A DNA stretch of 64,000 nucleotides, taken from a virus. Of this stretch, positions 8,988 through 17,989 are shown piece after piece. The notes below the pieces were generated by a model, which saw only the letters and a program-made list of their open reading frames with translations, was not told the origin of the DNA and ran no database searches. Position numbers and translations under genes: made by a program. The stretch lies in IMG/VR virus record IMGVR_UViG_3300028859_000013, positions 1 through 64,000 of that record; one strand, 5' to 3'. How positions within the stretch are numbered: position 1 is the stretch's first letter; each line of letters begins with the position of its first letter.

Positions 8988-9680
8988 TTAATTAATTATA
9001 GTTGATGTGCCTATTCGATCTACGTATTGCTTAATTTCTTTAATTTGTTCATTAACTCGTACTCCCCCCGTGAATTTAATTTTAACATATTCAGGTAGAA
9101 TTTTTCTCATAAATTTAACTTTTTCAATTTTCTTTTCAAATGAGTCATCATTTGGTAGTTTACCAGTTGATGTTGATATATAATCTACATTATTTTCAAT
9201 GCATATTCTACAAATTTTTTCAATTTCTTGATAATTAAGTGCGCCTATTTCAATTGTTAATTTTATGATAGAACCTTCTTTATGACAATATTCAGTTAAT
9301 TTTCTAATTTCTGTTTCTATTTCTTCCGTTTTATCATCACTTTTAATTAATTGATAGTTGAGTACGACGTCAATTTCATCAGCTCCATTTACAATTGATT
9401 TATCAATTTGATCAAGTTTGTATTTAGTAATTGATGTACCTTTTGGAAAATCAACTAATGCAGATACTTTAATTTCATTTTTAACAAATGAATAAACTGT
9501 TGCTACAAATTCGGGTAATACTGATATTGCATAAAAATTATTATCTTCTGCTTCTTTACAGATATCTTTAATTTGATCATTAGTTAAATTATCTGATAAT
9601 TTAGTATAATCAATTAATTTATAATTTTCATTCTTTTCTTTATTATCTAAATATTCGAATATTTTTTTATAGACAATCAT
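8988..9680 (-). CDS. deoC: Deoxyribose-phosphate aldolase-like protein, Schiff-base Lys apparently lost
   Basis: IDYTKL, VDFPKG, GADEIDVV, IKLTIE, GGVR and RIGTS motifs. DYISTSTG stands where DeoC has DF[IV]KTSTG. Confidence 0.85.
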   Translation of the reverse strand: MIVYKKIFEYLDNKEKNENYKLIDYTKLSDNLTNDQIKDICKEAEDNNFYAISVLPEFVATVYSFVKNEIKVSALVDFPKGTSITKYKLDQIDKSIVNGADEIDVVLNYQLIKSDDKTEEIETEIRKLTEYCHKEGSIIKLTIEIGALNYQEIEKICRICIENNVDYISTSTGKLPNDDSFEKKIEKVKFMRKILPEYVKIKFTGGVRVNEQIKEIKQYVDRIGTSTIIN

Positions 9681-9730
9681 TTTTGTAACGTTATTTTTTC
9701 TATATATATTAAAAAATAATAATCAAATTA

Positions 9731-10258
9731 ATGACTGCAGGAAGAAATAGTATATCAAGTAAAAAAGATTGGAATACACCACCTAAATTTGTAGAATTGA
9801 TTAATAAAATGTTAGGTGATATAATATTAGATCCTTGTAGTAATAAAAATAGTATAATAGATGCTAAGATTAAGTATATTTTGCCAACTGATGGATTAAA
9901 AGAAGATTGGAATTATAATACAATATTTGTAAATCCGCCATTTGGTAGAATTGTTGAAAATAAAACATCATTATATAATTGGATTGAAAAAGGGGTTGAT
10001 GCGAATGAGAATTATAAAAGTGAAATTTTATATTTAATTCCAGTTGCAACTAATACTAAGCATTTTAAAGATTTAATTTTCAAAAAAGCAAAAGGATTGT
10101 GTTTTTTAAAAGATACAAGATTAAAATTTTGGAGTGAAGGAGTTGAAGATAAAAAAGGTGCTCCAATGGCTTGCTGTTTTATATATTTTGGAGAGAATTA
10201 TGGAAAATTTCATTTATTATTTTCTGACTTTGGACAATGTTTTGAAATAAAATCATAA
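9731..10258 (+). CDS. Phage DNA N6-adenine methyltransferase (Dam-like)
   Basis: DWNTP, LDPC, DGL..DW, NPPF, L.P..T and RLKF motifs. Confidence 0.8.
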   Translation: MTAGRNSISSKKDWNTPPKFVELINKMLGDIILDPCSNKNSIIDAKIKYILPTDGLKEDWNYNTIFVNPPFGRIVENKTSLYNWIEKGVDANENYKSEILYLIPVATNTKHFKDLIFKKAKGLCFLKDTRLKFWSEGVEDKKGAPMACCFIYFGENYGKFHLLFSDFGQCFEIKS

Positions 10259-10600
10259 GTTGAATTTATTTGCAGATAATGACAAATAATATTTTTCTGA
10301 TTCTTCTGGTGTAGCTTCTCTTGTGAAGAATAAATCTTTTTCTGTTAGAGTTTTAATATATTTCAATGTTTTATTAAAATCTATTTCTGTTCCATATTTA
10401 TCAGATGTTTTTGATGTACCATCATAACCGTTATCAAAAATGTCATATAAATAAAATATTGTTTTTGGCTCAATATTTCTGTGTTTATACGGCTTAATTT
10501 TACCAATTGTTATATATCGAATAGTATGATAAATATATATTTTATTTGTGTCAATATTATATTCTTCATCAAATGTTTCAAATATTTTTAAATGTTTCAT
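10253..10600 (-). CDS. MKHLKIFE...NKFNL family protein
   Basis: Both terminal motifs present. Confidence 0.8.
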   Translation of the reverse strand: MKHLKIFETFDEEYNIDTNKIYIYHTIRYITIGKIKPYKHRNIEPKTIFYLYDIFDNGYDGTSKTSDKYGTEIDFNKTLKYIKTLTEKDLFFTREATPEESEKYYLSLSANKFNL

Positions 10601-10602
10601 TT

Positions 10603-10968
10603 TTATAAATTAAATTTTTCTGTTTTTATTATTAATGAAAGTTTATCTATAATATCTTTTGAATTATTAGATTGATAAATTATCATATCATTTAATTTTT
10701 CAGTATATATGTATTCTATATTATTCTTTCTTTCACATCTACGATCACTAAAATTGTGCTCATTTTGATATTCATAAACTATTTTTAATTTTTCTTTTTC
10801 ATAATTATTTATACCACTATCATTAGGTAAAATTTTATATATTACATATACTGGCTCTTCACCCTCGTTGTGATAATTTCTATCCCATCTATCACTATAA
10901 CTAAGTTTACATAGAATATATTTTTTTAAATCTGTATTTAACCTTTCAAATGTTTTTAAATATTTCAT
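10603..10968 (-). CDS. MKYLKTFE...EKFNL family protein (paralog of 10970-11338)
   Basis: Shares GEEPVYVI and EYQ.EHN.SDRR with its neighbour. Confidence 0.8.
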   Translation of the reverse strand: MKYLKTFERLNTDLKKYILCKLSYSDRWDRNYHNEGEEPVYVIYKILPNDSGINNYEKEKLKIVYEYQNEHNFSDRRCERKNNIEYIYTEKLNDMIIYQSNNSKDIIDKLSLIIKTEKFNL

Positions 10969-10969
10969 G

Positions 10970-11338
10970 TTATAGATTAAATTTGTTTGTTTGTATAATT
11001 AATGATAGTTCATCAAAAACATCTTTTGATGTATTAGCTTGATATACTATTTTATCATTTAAGTTTTTAAAACGGTAATATTCCTTGTTGTTAATCTTTC
11101 CCATTCTACGATCACTATAATTGTGTTCGTCTTGATATTCGTATAATATTTTTAATTCTATGTCATATAGATTATCATTATTAATATTAGAATACATATG
11201 TAAAACTTTGAATATTACATATACTGGTTCTTCTCCTTTATTATAAAAATTTCTATTCCATCTATCTTCTTTGTTGAGTAAACAAAGAAGATATTTTTTT
11301 GGATTATTTAATTTTTCAAATGTTTTTAAATATTTCAT
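10970..11338 (-). CDS. MKYLKTFE...NKFNL family protein
   Basis: Both terminal motifs present. Confidence 0.8.
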   Translation of the reverse strand: MKYLKTFEKLNNPKKYLLCLLNKEDRWNRNFYNKGEEPVYVIFKVLHMYSNINNDNLYDIELKILYEYQDEHNYSDRRMGKINNKEYYRFKNLNDKIVYQANTSKDVFDELSLIIQTNKFNL

Positions 11339-11919
11339 TAATCTACAATTTTTAATTTTGAGCCGTCTTTTATTAAAGATTTTATTTCATCTGTACTAAT
11401 ATTTTCTTTGAATTTAGATGTTTTCTTTTCTGTTTCTTTTAATATCCAGTTATTGCCAGAATTTGATGTTTGATAAATGTATATAATATTATCAAAAGTT
11501 AATTTTATAGTTTTTGCTGTTAGTTTTTTATAAAAATCTTCAACTTTACTGTTAATTGAATATATTTCAATAGGATGCCATTTATCATCTTTATAATATT
11601 GTAAAATTAAAAAATTAGGATTATCTAGAACAGTTTCATTTCTACTATAAAGAAAGAAGAATTTCATATCAATATCTTTTCTTAAAAAATTTTCAATTTC
11701 CATTGTAGAAAGAATTTCTCCTTTTTTAAGATTTTGTTTAAATAATTGATTATTAAAATCACTATCATCATATAAAAATTCTATAGTTTTATTTAGATAA
11801 TCATCATTAGATAAACCAATTTTAAAGAAGTCTACTTTAGTGTCATTTATGCTGTTTAATAATCCATCAACATCAGTTGTTATTGATTCTTTTATGTATT
11901 GTAAGTATTTTGTTATCAT
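11338..11919 (-). CDS. Hypothetical protein with CTS-like start (MITKYLQYIKE)
   Basis: 193-aa ORF inside the array. Confidence 0.75.
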   Translation of the reverse strand: MITKYLQYIKESITTDVDGLLNSINDTKVDFFKIGLSNDDYLNKTIEFLYDDSDFNNQLFKQNLKKGEILSTMEIENFLRKDIDMKFFFLYSRNETVLDNPNFLILQYYKDDKWHPIEIYSINSKVEDFYKKLTAKTIKLTFDNIIYIYQTSNSGNNWILKETEKKTSKFKENISTDEIKSLIKDGSKLKIVD

Positions 11920-11924
11920 GTTTT

Positions 11925-12224
11925 TTATAAATTAAATTTTAGCGATGCTTTTTTAATTTCAAATTCTTCTATTTCTTCTTCATTTAATTTTCTTTCAAAA
12001 TATTTATCAGGTAAATAAAATTTTTTTATTGTATTATTTGATATTACTTCAATCGCATACCTAATTTCATAATTTCCAATAATTTTAGCAAATTTAAAAA
12101 CATCTTGTTTTTCTATTGCCCACTTTGATTTCCAAAAATCAATATAATATTTTTTAATTAGAATATAATCATCAACATTATAATCTATATTTTTATTGTC
12201 TTCAAATGTTTTAATATATTTCAT
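11925..12224 (-). CDS. MKYIKTFE...LKFNL family protein (paralog of 12569-12868)
   Basis: Shares DYILIK.YYI.FWKSK with 12569-12868. Confidence 0.8.
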   Translation of the reverse strand: MKYIKTFEDNKNIDYNVDDYILIKKYYIDFWKSKWAIEKQDVFKFAKIIGNYEIRYAIEVISNNTIKKFYLPDKYFERKLNEEEIEEFEIKKASLKFNL

Positions 12225-12275
12225 TAAAAATTATTTAAATTTTTTATTGACAACAACGTTGTCATAAGTTATATG

Positions 12276-12551
12276 TTATATGTTATATTTTCTTGAAGCT
12301 AAAAATGCTTCAACATCTTCTTTATTTTTGGAATGATATTCTATTTGTGATATTTTCCACCATATTTTATCATTATTACATTTTAAACATATATTATATC
12401 CAGGTTCTGAAAAATTATATGATATAACTTCACAAGGTTTATCTAAAAAATGTTTAAAATTTGAATGAGGATTAATATCATTTTTTAGCACAGCATAGTC
12501 GCCTACTTTTATATTTGTATTTGCATTTTCAAATGTTTTGATGTATTTCAT
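12276..12551 (-). CDS. MKYIKTFE...RKYNI family protein
   Basis: Family-type start at 12551 (ORF track extends to 12572). KVGDYAVL core. Confidence 0.75.
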   Translation of the reverse strand: MKYIKTFENANTNIKVGDYAVLKNDINPHSNFKHFLDKPCEVISYNFSEPGYNICLKCNNDKIWWKISQIEYHSKNKEDVEAFLASRKYNI

Positions 12552-12568
12552 ATTAGTATAATTTTTTA

Positions 12569-12868
12569 TCATAAATTAAATTTTAATGTATCTTTTATTG
12601 TATCAAATTCTAATATTTCTTTTTTTGTTGATTTTCTTTTTATTATTGCGGCATCTGAGTAAATAACATTCATATTATTATCTTGAATAACAGAAATTGT
12701 GTAGTATAGTGTATTTCCATGTTCATAATCAAAATCTATAATTTTACCTGTTTTAAAAATGCCTAGTTTTTTTGATTTCCAAAAATTAATATAATAATCT
12801 TTAATTAGAATATAATCATTAATATTATATTTTTCTTTTTTTATTTCAAATGTTTTTAAGTATTTCAT
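12569..12868 (-). CDS. MKYLKTFE...LKFNL family protein, first gene of the left array
   Basis: TTTTTAATATATA lies a few nt upstream of the ATG. Confidence 0.8.
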   Translation of the reverse strand: MKYLKTFEIKKEKYNINDYILIKDYYINFWKSKKLGIFKTGKIIDFDYEHGNTLYYTISVIQDNNMNVIYSDAAIIKRKSTKKEILEFDTIKDTLKFNL

Positions 12869-12890
12869 ATTAATCTATATATTAAAAAAT

Positions 12891-12916
12891 AAACTAATAA
12901 AAAAATATGTTATACA
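12891..12916 (+). promoter_or_regulatory. AAAC-N16-TATACA putative phage (middle) promoter
   Basis: Same spacing as seven other sites. Implies the ATPase starts at the ATG near 12940. Confidence 0.5.
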
Positions 12917-14097
12917 TTATTAAAAATAAAATATTATATATGATGAGTGATATGAATGAAAAATTAGCATCAAATAAATTACCCCCATATTTATTTACTG
13001 ATCAAGCATTAGATAGACGAGAAGATGTTTATGCAATTGCTGAATTTGGTAAAATAGTTAATAGACTTTTTTTAAGTGATCAAATATATTCTGATGATTT
13101 TTGGAAATATATAAATGATAAATTTAAAATAAAGAGTGAAAATATTACGTTTTTCTGTGATGTTCATTCAGATACTAAAAATAGAGTAGAGAAAATATTT
13201 AAATATATAATTAAAATTGAAAAACCATATAAAATTATGTTTCAATTTTATGATGAGGAAAAAGTTATAGATGATAAAATATATGAAACGATAGAATCTC
13301 AAAAAAATAAAGTTTCAGATCTATTGGTATACTATGATTCTGATGCAGTAAAATATATAAATGATATGTCTGATGAACTTAGAAAAATTGTATTTACCCA
13401 ACCAATAAGTAAAACTTTTTTTATTATATCATCTAATTCAATGGGTTATGAATTACAAGCAGCTAATATTAAAGATTATGATATTCAAATAGATTTGAAT
13501 TATGGAGATTCTTTTGTATCAAAGCATAAAGATATATTAGATAAAATTAAAAATAATAAACATGGTTTATTTTTATTCCATGGCGAAGAAGGTACAGGAA
13601 AAACTGTATATCTTCGTAAACTTATTTCCGATTTAGCAGAAGAAAAAACTATAATTTATGTACCATCATATTTGATGATGGATATCGCAAGTCCTGTTTT
13701 AATTTCATTTATTTCTAAATTTAAAAATTCTATTTTATTATTGGAAGATGCAGAATCAATATTAACATCTCCACAAGAAGAAAGAAATCAAGCTGTTAGT
13801 AATATATTAAATATTAGTGATGGATTGCTAAATGATCATATGGATATGCAAATTATAGCAACATTTAATGTAGATAAAAAAATAATAGATAAAGCATTAT
13901 TAAGAAAAGGCAGACTTATGGTGGATTGTAAATTTAAAAAATTAACAGCTAAACAAGCTACTAAATTATCTGAATATATTGGATTGAATAAGATATATTC
14001 TGAATCATCTACACTCGCTGAAATTTATGAAGAAATTGATGGAAGTAAACAATTGATAGATATAGATACTGAAATAAAGAAAATAGGATTTAAATGA
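12907..14097 (+). CDS. AAA+ ATPase
   Basis: Walker A GEEGTGKT, Walker B LLLEDAE, ATFN sensor, DKALLRKGRL arginine finger. Ends KKIGFK. Confidence 0.85.
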   Translation: MLYIIKNKILYMMSDMNEKLASNKLPPYLFTDQALDRREDVYAIAEFGKIVNRLFLSDQIYSDDFWKYINDKFKIKSENITFFCDVHSDTKNRVEKIFKYIIKIEKPYKIMFQFYDEEKVIDDKIYETIESQKNKVSDLLVYYDSDAVKYINDMSDELRKIVFTQPISKTFFIISSNSMGYELQAANIKDYDIQIDLNYGDSFVSKHKDILDKIKNNKHGLFLFHGEEGTGKTVYLRKLISDLAEEKTIIYVPSYLMMDIASPVLISFISKFKNSILLLEDAESILTSPQEERNQAVSNILNISDGLLNDHMDMQIIATFNVDKKIIDKALLRKGRLMVDCKFKKLTAKQATKLSEYIGLNKIYSESSTLAEIYEEIDGSKQLIDIDTEIKKIGFK

Positions 14098-14267
14098 AAT
14101 ATAATAACATGACGAAAGAAGTATTTGATAATTTGAATACTGAAAATTATTTGGAATGTGAAAAATTAAGAGATAAAATATATAGTCATAAAAAAAATGA
14201 TATCAAATTGATATCATTTTTTATGACTATTTATCTATATTTTGATTCTATATATACGATAAAGTAA
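14094..14267 (+). CDS. Possible 57-aa ORF with a UVR-like motif (may be a remnant)
   Basis: Hand translation MKYNNMTKEVFDNLNTENYLECEKLRDKIY... Overlaps the ATPase stop (ATGA). The 3' part runs through a hairpin. Confidence 0.3.
   Translation: MKYNNMTKEVFDNLNTENYLECEKLRDKIYSHKKNDIKLISFFMTIYLYFDSIYTIK
14182..14230. terminator. Long inverted repeat or terminator
   Basis: ATAGTCATAAAAAAAATGATATCAA-A-TTGATATCATTTTTTATGACTAT. Confidence 0.65.
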
Positions 14268-14270
14268 ATT

Positions 14271-14456
14271 ATGTCAATTTTAACAGTTTTATTAGTTTTA
14301 GTTGTTGTTGGTATTTTATTATGGCTTGTTAATTCATATATTCCTATGAACGCAACTATTAAAAAAGTACTCAACATAGTAGTAATTATAGTTTTAGTAG
14401 TTTGGTTACTTAAAGTATTCGGATTACTAGCTATATTATCAAGAATACATGTATAA
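14271..14456 (+). CDS. Small two-TM membrane protein (Thivi_2564-like)
   Basis: LVVVGILLWLVNSYIPM...IKKVLNIVVIIVLVVWLL pattern. Confidence 0.75.
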   Translation: MSILTVLLVLVVVGILLWLVNSYIPMNATIKKVLNIVVIIVLVVWLLKVFGLLAILSRIHV

Positions 14457-14554
14457 TATATTTAAATAGTTTAAATAAAATTATATATTTTATTTAAATT
14501 GAAAACTATAATATAAATTATACAAATATAATAAAAGGTAATTTCAATTAGAAA

Positions 14555-14986
14555 TTACTTTTTTAATTTTATGCTGTTACTATTTAGTAAATATCTCTCA
14601 ATGTTACTATCATTTACTATAGTAAATAATGCAATATTTGTATTATAATACAATAACTCTATATTGTGTTTGTTGTTTTTTGAATCAATAACTTCAATTA
14701 TGTATTGATCTGCATTATCATATTTAACTAATTTTTTTGATTTTATTTTATATATACTTTTATAATTGTTATCATTAACAATAATTTTATTATTTTTTAT
14801 AAAATCAAAAATAACATTTACAGAATCTGTTTTGATCCATTTGCTATTTTGTAACAACAGATCTGGAAATATAGTTCTTGTTGTTTGAATTTGTTTATAT
14901 ATTAGATTATAAGTTTTTACATCATTTGCGTTTAAACAACTTAAACTTAATGTTCCTAATAATAAAAATAAAATAATTTTTTTCAT
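14555..14986 (-). CDS. Secreted or lipoprotein-like hypothetical protein
   Basis: N-terminal signal peptide MKKIILFLLLGTLSLSCLNA. Confidence 0.7.
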   Translation of the reverse strand: MKKIILFLLLGTLSLSCLNANDVKTYNLIYKQIQTTRTIFPDLLLQNSKWIKTDSVNVIFDFIKNNKIIVNDNNYKSIYKIKSKKLVKYDNADQYIIEVIDSKNNKHNIELLYYNTNIALFTIVNDSNIERYLLNSNSIKLKK

Positions 14987-15032
14987 AATTTTTAATTTTT
15001 TTTTTGATATTTTAGTGCAATATACACTAAAA

Positions 15033-15099
15033 ATATGTTATATAACATATATATAAATAAAAAATTATGAAGTTTATCATTTTTATGTTATATAACATA
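15033..15099. promoter_or_regulatory. Twin palindromic operator-like sites TATGTTATATAACATA
   Basis: 18-bp palindrome at 15033-15050 and 16-bp copy at 15084-15099, 50 bp apart. Confidence 0.55.
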
Positions 15100-15158
15100 C
15101 TTTTTATGATAAGTTGTTTAATATGAAGTGTTTATGATGATATTAAAATTGTGTTACA

Positions 15159-15188
15159 AAAAAACCTATCATATATGATAGGTTTTTT
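15159..15188 (-). terminator. Intrinsic terminator
   Basis: AAAAAACCTATCATATATGATAGGTTTTTT. Confidence 0.75.
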
Positions 15189-15190
15189 AT

Positions 15191-16168
15191 TTATTTTTTG
15201 TTTAATTCAATTATATTTTTAAATTCCTCTATTACTTTATTTTTGTTTATTGAGTCTGATTTATTTATATAATCTACAATCATTTCATTTAAAGATAATG
15301 AATTTTCATTTAATTCTAAAATTTCTTCTTTATTTTTTATTATTTCATCATCAGAATATGTGATATTTACAATATCATTTTCTGATATTAACATATCAAT
15401 TTTAAGTTTATTATCAATTAATAGAGATTTGTTAATATTAAGACTTATATAATTATTTTTAAAAATTTCTTTATCTATATTTATGTCTGATTCTGAGTTT
15501 ATTGATATTTTTTTAAAATTTGGACTTATTTTATTTATTATGAATTTGTCTTTATCATTATAAACATCTAGTACAATAAATCCTTTTGTTTCATCACTTT
15601 CTGTATTATATGGTGCTCCTAAATTTTTGATATTTTTTATTACTCCATTTTTATCATAATAACCATTGTAGCATTTTTTAAATTTTTTTAATTTATTTAT
15701 AATAATATCTTTTTTTGGAGAATTTAAATAATCAAAATTGAAGAAGCATACTTCAGAATCAAATTTATCGATATCTTCAATTTTTGTGTTATATGGAAGT
15801 ATAGTAAATATTTGCTCAACTAATAATTTTATTTGAGTTGGTTCTTTAATTATTTCTATATTATTGAAATTTTTGAGTATATTAAGTGATAGTTTATCAT
15901 TTTCTCCTTCAATAATATAAACAGGTAGTATTTTTGATATTTTTTCAAATAATTTTTGAATAAAATTTAATACAGACAAATCAATATTTCTTGATTTGAT
16001 TAAAAAGTTGCCTAGATGAATTAGTATATCATTTGGGTTTACATTTTTTATAAGATATGGAATAAATTCGTTTTTATAATATATTTCCATATTTTTAAGC
16101 CAATCTTTTGTAGATAAGTTTTTTGATATATTAAAATTCGTGTTGCTAATTATGAATATTTTTGACAT
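15191..16168 (-). CDS. Degenerate Mre11/SbcD/T4 gp47-like metallophosphoesterase
   Basis: Motif order retained but metal ligands replaced: ISNTNF (DxH), HLGN (GD), GEND (GNHD), NGYYD (GHxH). LGAPY....D..KGF is retained. Confidence 0.7.
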   Translation of the reverse strand: MSKIFIISNTNFNISKNLSTKDWLKNMEIYYKNEFIPYLIKNVNPNDILIHLGNFLIKSRNIDLSVLNFIQKLFEKISKILPVYIIEGENDKLSLNILKNFNNIEIIKEPTQIKLLVEQIFTILPYNTKIEDIDKFDSEVCFFNFDYLNSPKKDIIINKLKKFKKCYNGYYDKNGVIKNIKNLGAPYNTESDETKGFIVLDVYNDKDKFIINKISPNFKKISINSESDINIDKEIFKNNYISLNINKSLLIDNKLKIDMLISENDIVNITYSDDEIIKNKEEILELNENSLSLNEMIVDYINKSDSINKNKVIEEFKNIIELNKK

Positions 16169-16209
16169 TATTCTATAAATTTTCTTTTTCTTATAATTTT
16201 TTAATTATT

Positions 16210-16641
16210 TTAGTTATTATCTTCTTTACAAATTTTATCTAATTTAATTAACTTATTTTTTCTTTCCTTTATTTCTTGTTGTCTCTTAAGTTTCATCATA
16301 AGTTCATCATCATAATAAGTATAATCAACTAAAAATGTGGAATTTATATAATTACTTCTAAAATTATAATCAAAACTACTAAGAATTACACCGTTCAATA
16401 TCATTCCATTGTAAAAAGTATCAATTTTATATGATGAAGAGCATCCACCATTTTGACTTTTTTGAAGCCAATCTTTTAATAATTCTATATTGCTAATATG
16501 AGTTATTGCAGTCATTTCTATACTAGTATCATGAATATTTGAATACGGTGTGAGTTGTCCTCCATAAGATATTGGAATTGAATTATTTGTCATAGTAATG
16601 TTTGTAATTTCGAAGTCAATGTTATTCATTATTGTAATCAT
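16210..16641 (-). CDS. Hypothetical protein, weak tail-tube-like core, C-terminal ERKNKLIKL motif
   Basis: 143-aa ORF. AAAC-N16-TATATA at 16664-16689 upstream. Confidence 0.65.
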   Translation of the reverse strand: MITIMNNIDFEITNITMTNNSIPISYGGQLTPYSNIHDTSIEMTAITHISNIELLKDWLQKSQNGGCSSSYKIDTFYNGMILNGVILSSFDYNFRSNYINSTFLVDYTYYDDELMMKLKRQQEIKERKNKLIKLDKICKEDNN

Positions 16642-16726
16642 AATATCTAATTGTTTTATTTTTTATATAATAAAAAAATTATATTGTTTATTCAATGAAC
16701 TTATATTTTTTAATATATAATAAAAA

Positions 16727-17188
16727 ATGACATTAAAAATGATAAAATACTTTGCTTATGGTTCGAATATTTCGGAGTATAGAATGAAAAATGAAAGGAA
16801 TGTAAATTTTTTTTCTAGAAAATTTGCAATTTTAGAAAATTATAAATTAGTTTTTAATAAAGTATCTAAGAAGAATTGTTATTTGGGATTTGCAAATGTT
16901 GTACCATCACTTAGTGATATAGTAGAAGGCGCATTATATGAGATTGAAGATTCTGATATTAAAATGATTGATAAGTTTGAAGGACATCCGAAGCATTATA
17001 TAAGAGAAGAAATTGAAGTTTTTTGTGATGGAGAAAAAGTTAAGGCTATTGTTTATATTGCTAATTCATCTATGATTAGAAAAAATATATTACCTGATAA
17101 GAATTATATGAAATATATTTTAGAAGGTAAAGATATATTTAGTTCTGATTATTATGAAAATCTTTCAAAAACAACTACATTAGATTAA
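16727..17188 (+). CDS. Gamma-glutamylcyclotransferase family protein
   Basis: YFAYGSN, VEGALY, IDKFEG and Y.RE motifs. Confidence 0.85.
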   Translation: MTLKMIKYFAYGSNISEYRMKNERNVNFFSRKFAILENYKLVFNKVSKKNCYLGFANVVPSLSDIVEGALYEIEDSDIKMIDKFEGHPKHYIREEIEVFCDGEKVKAIVYIANSSMIRKNILPDKNYMKYILEGKDIFSSDYYENLSKTTTLD

Positions 17189-17696
17189 ATAATATTCCTT
17201 CATTTTGATTATTAATTATTTTTTCTAATTTATTTTTTCTATTCATTTTACAGTATTTATTATCTTTAATTTCTTTAAATCTGGCATAATCTGGTTTTAT
17301 TTGATATAAATAAAAAATATTATTTGAATGTTTTATGTAATTTAATACATCTCCTTCAAAACATATAACACTACCTTGATGTGTAATAACCATGTTATTT
17401 TCTATTGCATAATATATAAATGCTGGCTGATTTATAATATTTACGTTATTCAATTTTGAAATTTCTACAAATAAGTTAAAATCAATAGTATTTAAATATG
17501 TTCGTGATATAATTATATTTTTATTAAATAAATCATTGATTAATAATTCAATTAGATTTTTATATTCTTTAGAAAATTTTGAGGTTATAATATATTCATA
17601 ATTTAGTTTATAAAACAGCATTCCAGTTATTTTTTGATATCTTTTTATGTTTTTTATATCTCTTATAATTTTAATTTTTAACCATTCATTTTTCAT
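17175..17696 (-). CDS. Hypothetical protein with RKNKLEKI motif
   Basis: 173-aa ORF in a tightly packed operon. Confidence 0.7.
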   Translation of the reverse strand: MKNEWLKIKIIRDIKNIKRYQKITGMLFYKLNYEYIITSKFSKEYKNLIELLINDLFNKNIIISRTYLNTIDFNLFVEISKLNNVNIINQPAFIYYAIENNMVITHQGSVICFEGDVLNYIKHSNNIFYLYQIKPDYARFKEIKDNKYCKMNRKNKLEKIINNQNEGILFNLM

Positions 17697-17989
17697 TATA
17701 ATATTCCTTCATTTTTTGCTTCTTCTATTGATATTCTATGTCTTTCTTCAATTTCTTTTCTGTGAGATAGGGCGTCTCTTTTTAACTGTTTTGCTGTTTG
17801 TATTATATATTCCAAATTTTGTCTTAATCGTACAGCTGCAGTTTTATAATCTTTTTTATAAAGTTTATAATAGTCTATTCTACAAAAGTTTAATTTATCA
17901 ATGATATCTTCAATTGGATTATTTTCAGCATCATATTCAGATTTATCTTCTTCATATTCAAAGTTATCATCTTCATAATAATTTTTCAT
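17696..17989 (-). CDS. Histone H1-like (Hc1-type) helical protein
   Basis: KTAAVRLRQ.L....AKQLKR resembles the Hc1 K.A..R.R......K..R helix. Confidence 0.5.
   Translation of the reverse strand: MKNYYEDDNFEYEEDKSEYDAENNPIEDIIDKLNFCRIDYYKLYKKDYKTAAVRLRQNLEYIIQTAKQLKRDALSHRKEIEERHRISIEEAKNEGIL

Noticed and set aside
12265-12290. Short TTATATG tandem repeat at the end of ORF 12276
   Set aside because: About three 7-bp units in very AT-rich DNA; likely slippage with no supportable function.
8642-12868. Integron or diversity-generating retroelement behind the small-gene arrays
   Set aside because: No integrase, attC-like hairpins between genes, reverse transcriptase or adenine-specific template/variable repeat pair is seen in the window.
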